From Gilliamella sp. Pas-s25 (GTDB lineage Bacteria > Pseudomonadota > Gammaproteobacteria > Enterobacterales > Orbaceae), in the NCBI RefSeq assembly GCF_009795885.1, contig NZ_WTEV01000005.1:101197-133196 (forward strand): a stretch of DNA of 32,000 bases, given 5' to 3'. Made by a program: the position numbers and the translations under genes. Shown piece by piece: positions 30,395 through 32,000 of the stretch (within the stretch, counting starts at the first letter, position 1; every line of letters starts with the position of its first letter). Under the pieces are notes generated by a model. It had not been told where the DNA came from. It searched no databases and saw nothing but the letters and a program-made list of their open reading frames with translations.

Positions 30395-30484
30395 ATATTT
30401 GCGCCAGTTCGCTAGGGTTGCGAATGTTCGGGGATCAGCCTAGACGCAAATAATACAGTAATATACAGTTAGGTACATTATAGC
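30395..30484 (-). promoter_or_regulatory. extended -10 promoter plus structured 5' leader of the 211-aa gene
   Basis: The minus strand has TTTAAT, 17 nt, then TGCTATAAT (30484-30476), a perfect TGnTATAAT. The leader contains nested stems TATTTGCG/CGCAAATA (30395-402 / 30444-451), CTAGG/CCTAG and CGAA/TTCG. A CCCC in the hairpin could pair with the GGGG near the Shine-Dalgarno region. Confidence 0.4.
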
Positions 30485-30534
30485 ACTGTGTTTATATGCA
30501 TTAAATTGTTTTAGATATGAAATTATTGGGGTTA

Positions 30535-31086
30535 CTAATCAGGAATTTTTATACACATAGTGATAAGATGATCGTCATCTTCTTGGGTGGGCAATATTTT
30601 AAATCCGTATTTTTTATATAGTGCTATCAATGAGGGATTATTATTACATTCTAATATAGCAAATCTACCGCCAGCCATAGCGCGGATTTGTTTAATTATT
30701 GTGAAAGTTTCTTGTAATATTAACCCAAGATTTATAGGATTATTTTCAACTGCGAAATTTTTACCAATTTGACCAATCAAATGAACTTTTATTTCTGTAG
30801 CGTGCTTATTAAAGCCATCCATACTAGATACTAATGTTTTAGATATTTCAAAATTACTTGATTGTATTGATGTAAATGCTAAAGAAAAATAGGCGAGAAT
30901 ATCAAGATTATCTTCGTTGATAATAAGATAGGTTTTTGATACGTTCCTTTTGCTAAATTCTATTGCTGAATTACATAAGAAATCTTGTAAATCTTTATTT
31001 CTAGGGCAAGAAAAACAACAAAGGAGGCTTTTTATTTCCTTCTCGTCATATTCATTAATAAGTTCATCCAGATTAACCGTGAGCAT
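30535..31086 (-). CDS. GNAT-fold acetyltransferase, TacT/AtaT-like toxin architecture (divergent)
   Basis: 183 aa. The N-terminal CCFSCPRNKDLQDFLCNSAIEFSKRNVSKTYLI parallels the FDCG..LN.FL...A......S.TYV block of GNAT toxins. HLIGQIGKN parallels LLGRLAVD. The C-terminal GGRFAILECNNNPSLIALYKKYGFKIL is the GNAT ...FY.K.GF element. The acetyl-CoA loop is poorly conserved. Confidence 0.6.
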   Translation of the reverse strand: MLTVNLDELINEYDEKEIKSLLCCFSCPRNKDLQDFLCNSAIEFSKRNVSKTYLIINEDNLDILAYFSLAFTSIQSSNFEISKTLVSSMDGFNKHATEIKVHLIGQIGKNFAVENNPINLGLILQETFTIIKQIRAMAGGRFAILECNNNPSLIALYKKYGFKILPTQEDDDHLITMCIKIPD

Positions 31087-31255
31087 TTTTTCGGGTTAAA
31101 ACTTTAGAAAATAATTTTACTGCTTTTTTAGATTCGGCTTTCTCGTCTCGCTCGCGAGTTTTTATCGTACTTTGTGCTTTCTCTAGTTCCTGAAATACAT
31201 TAATGTCACGAGGCTCAGCCAAAACAAACGTTTTGCTAAATGATGATGTAGCCAT
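31073..31255 (-). CDS. small protein (60 aa), putative cognate antitoxin/regulator
   Basis: A GGAGG Shine-Dalgarno lies 6 nt upstream. The ORF overlaps the GNAT gene start by 14 nt and is preceded by a 19-bp palindrome overlapping a -10 box. It does not resemble DUF1778/TacA as far as I can judge. Confidence 0.55.
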   Translation of the reverse strand: MATSSFSKTFVLAEPRDINVFQELEKAQSTIKTRERDEKAESKKAVKLFSKVLTRKNAHG

Positions 31256-31277
31256 ATTACGCCTCCTAAAAAGTACA

Positions 31278-31296
31278 ATTACACAAGTTGTGTAAT
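31278..31296. promoter_or_regulatory. palindromic operator ATTACACAA-G-TTGTGTAAT
   Basis: Perfect 9+9 inverted repeat 23 nt upstream of the 60-aa ORF start. On the minus strand it is immediately preceded by TATATAAT, a -10-like box. Confidence 0.5.
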
Positions 31297-31616
31297 ATTA
31301 TATAGCTCTATTTTGTTATATCAATATGTATTTTACTGTTTAAAACAGAATATAAATAAATATGAGAAAAACAATAATAAATATTTAATTTTCTTTAAAT
31401 TAAAATTTATGAAAGAATTTTATAAGCTGTCTTCATAATGAAGATAACTGGCTTTTATGATTAAATTGGTATCCATTTATTAAATGCTTTTCACTGGATA
31501 CTTGTTTGGATACCTATATAAGTACTAGTGATTATGTATTAAATAGATTTTTAAATATTTAAATTCTATAAGAAGTGGCTCAATTTGAGCGTCTAAAACT
31601 TGAGCAGGTAACAAGT

Positions 31617-32000
31617 TTATGCTCTTTGCTTGTCGGCGGTTAAATCCTTTGGTGATGGCGATACTAGTTCTATGCGCATTGGTTTGGATTTGGCTGTAAT
31701 GCTACTTCCCATAGATTGATGATCTAATATCTGCTTTTCAGAATAACCATGATTAGCAAGCATCAATTTGGCAATACTCGCGTTAAACTCGCCTTTTAAG
31801 CCTTTATTCATTAACTCCACTTCTTGGCGCGCTTTGATAAGTTCTAACATGTCCTTAAATTCTTCGCTTGAACTCGCATAATTATATAAACTCGACCTTG
31901 AACAGTTAGCATATAAAGCCAGTCCAGCCATAGAGGGAATGATTTCGCCATTTTTGATATAACCCTGTTTATGTAAATACGCTTGCCCTAGTTTTAACAT
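31617..32000 (-). CDS. phage small terminase subunit-like protein (truncated by window edge)
   Basis: PSMAGLALYANCSRSSLYNYASSSEEFKDMLELIKARQEVELMNKGLKGEFNASIAKLMLANHGYSEK fits the HTH plus G..N...A.F.L.N..GY pattern of gp3/Terminase-small families. The ATG exactly at position 32000 may be coincidental, and the ORF may extend upstream beyond the window. Confidence 0.55.
   Translation of the reverse strand: MLKLGQAYLHKQGYIKNGEIIPSMAGLALYANCSRSSLYNYASSSEEFKDMLELIKARQEVELMNKGLKGEFNASIAKLMLANHGYSEKQILDHQSMGSSITAKSKPMRIELVSPSPKDLTADKQRA

Larger units (their letters stand above)
23127..32000. mobile_element. partial phage-satellite-like / P4-primase-type integrative island (continues beyond window)
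   Basis: Every convincing gene except one small RHH gene is on the minus strand, and many are translationally coupled. Contents are a P4-alpha-like primase-helicase, AlpA, an AntA/ORF6C antirepressor-like protein, an Icd-like protein, an RHH regulator, a TA-like module and a TerS-like gene. There are no structural genes. The low-coordinate end coincides with a tRNA 3'-end-like fragment. The integrase is not in the window. Confidence 0.65.

Noticed and set aside
22342-30772. Plus-strand ORFs 22342..22581, 25202..25420, 26330..26527, 28564..28746, 29937..30134, 30252..30443 and 30587..30772
   Set aside because: All are antisense to better-supported minus-strand genes. ORF 30252..30443 additionally covers the structured leader. 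No independent support exists for any of them.
1-32000. CRISPR arrays, rRNA genes and intact tRNA genes
   Set aside because: There are no regularly spaced repeat-spacer units, no rRNA-like conserved blocks and no complete cloverleaf. Only the 3' tRNA-like fragment at 23127-23148 was found.

Overview
AT-rich gammaproteobacterial chromosome. The MukBEF condensin and E. coli-like housekeeping proteins suggest an Orbales, Pasteurellales or Enterobacterales-type relative; this is an inference and cannot be verified here. Positions 1-22.2 kb are conserved core. They hold the minus-strand cluster apaH-rsmA-surA-lptD (without the pdxA and apaG that E. coli has there), then pcnB, oxyR-fabR, an exported alpha/beta hydrolase and pntBA. 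Next come an orphan exported Cys-containing 455-aa protein beside a decayed IS transposase fragment, and then mukF-mukE-mukB. After mukB lies a signal-peptide-bearing low-molecular-weight phosphotyrosine phosphatase. From about 23.1 kb to the window edge is a one-strand, translationally coupled mobile island with phage-satellite character. It contains a P4-alpha-type zinc-ribbon/Toprim/helicase primase followed by an iteron, AT-tract and inverted-repeat region that looks like an origin. Upstream of the primase is a chain of small coupled ORFs, including an Icd-like one and a paralogous pair. The island also carries a divergently transcribed ribbon-helix-helix gene hidden antisense inside a 344-aa ORF, an AntA/ORF6C antirepressor-like gene and alpA. 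Further on are an insulated single-gene module (211 aa) with a structured leader, a GNAT-type toxin-like gene with a small overlapping partner and a palindromic operator, and a small-terminase-like gene cut by the window end. No integrase, capsid, tail or lysis genes, and no rRNA, intact tRNA or CRISPR array, are visible. The most interesting material is the island: its unusual gene order, candidate ori, control region and two cargo modules. All functional calls rest on motif recognition from memory; no database search was possible.
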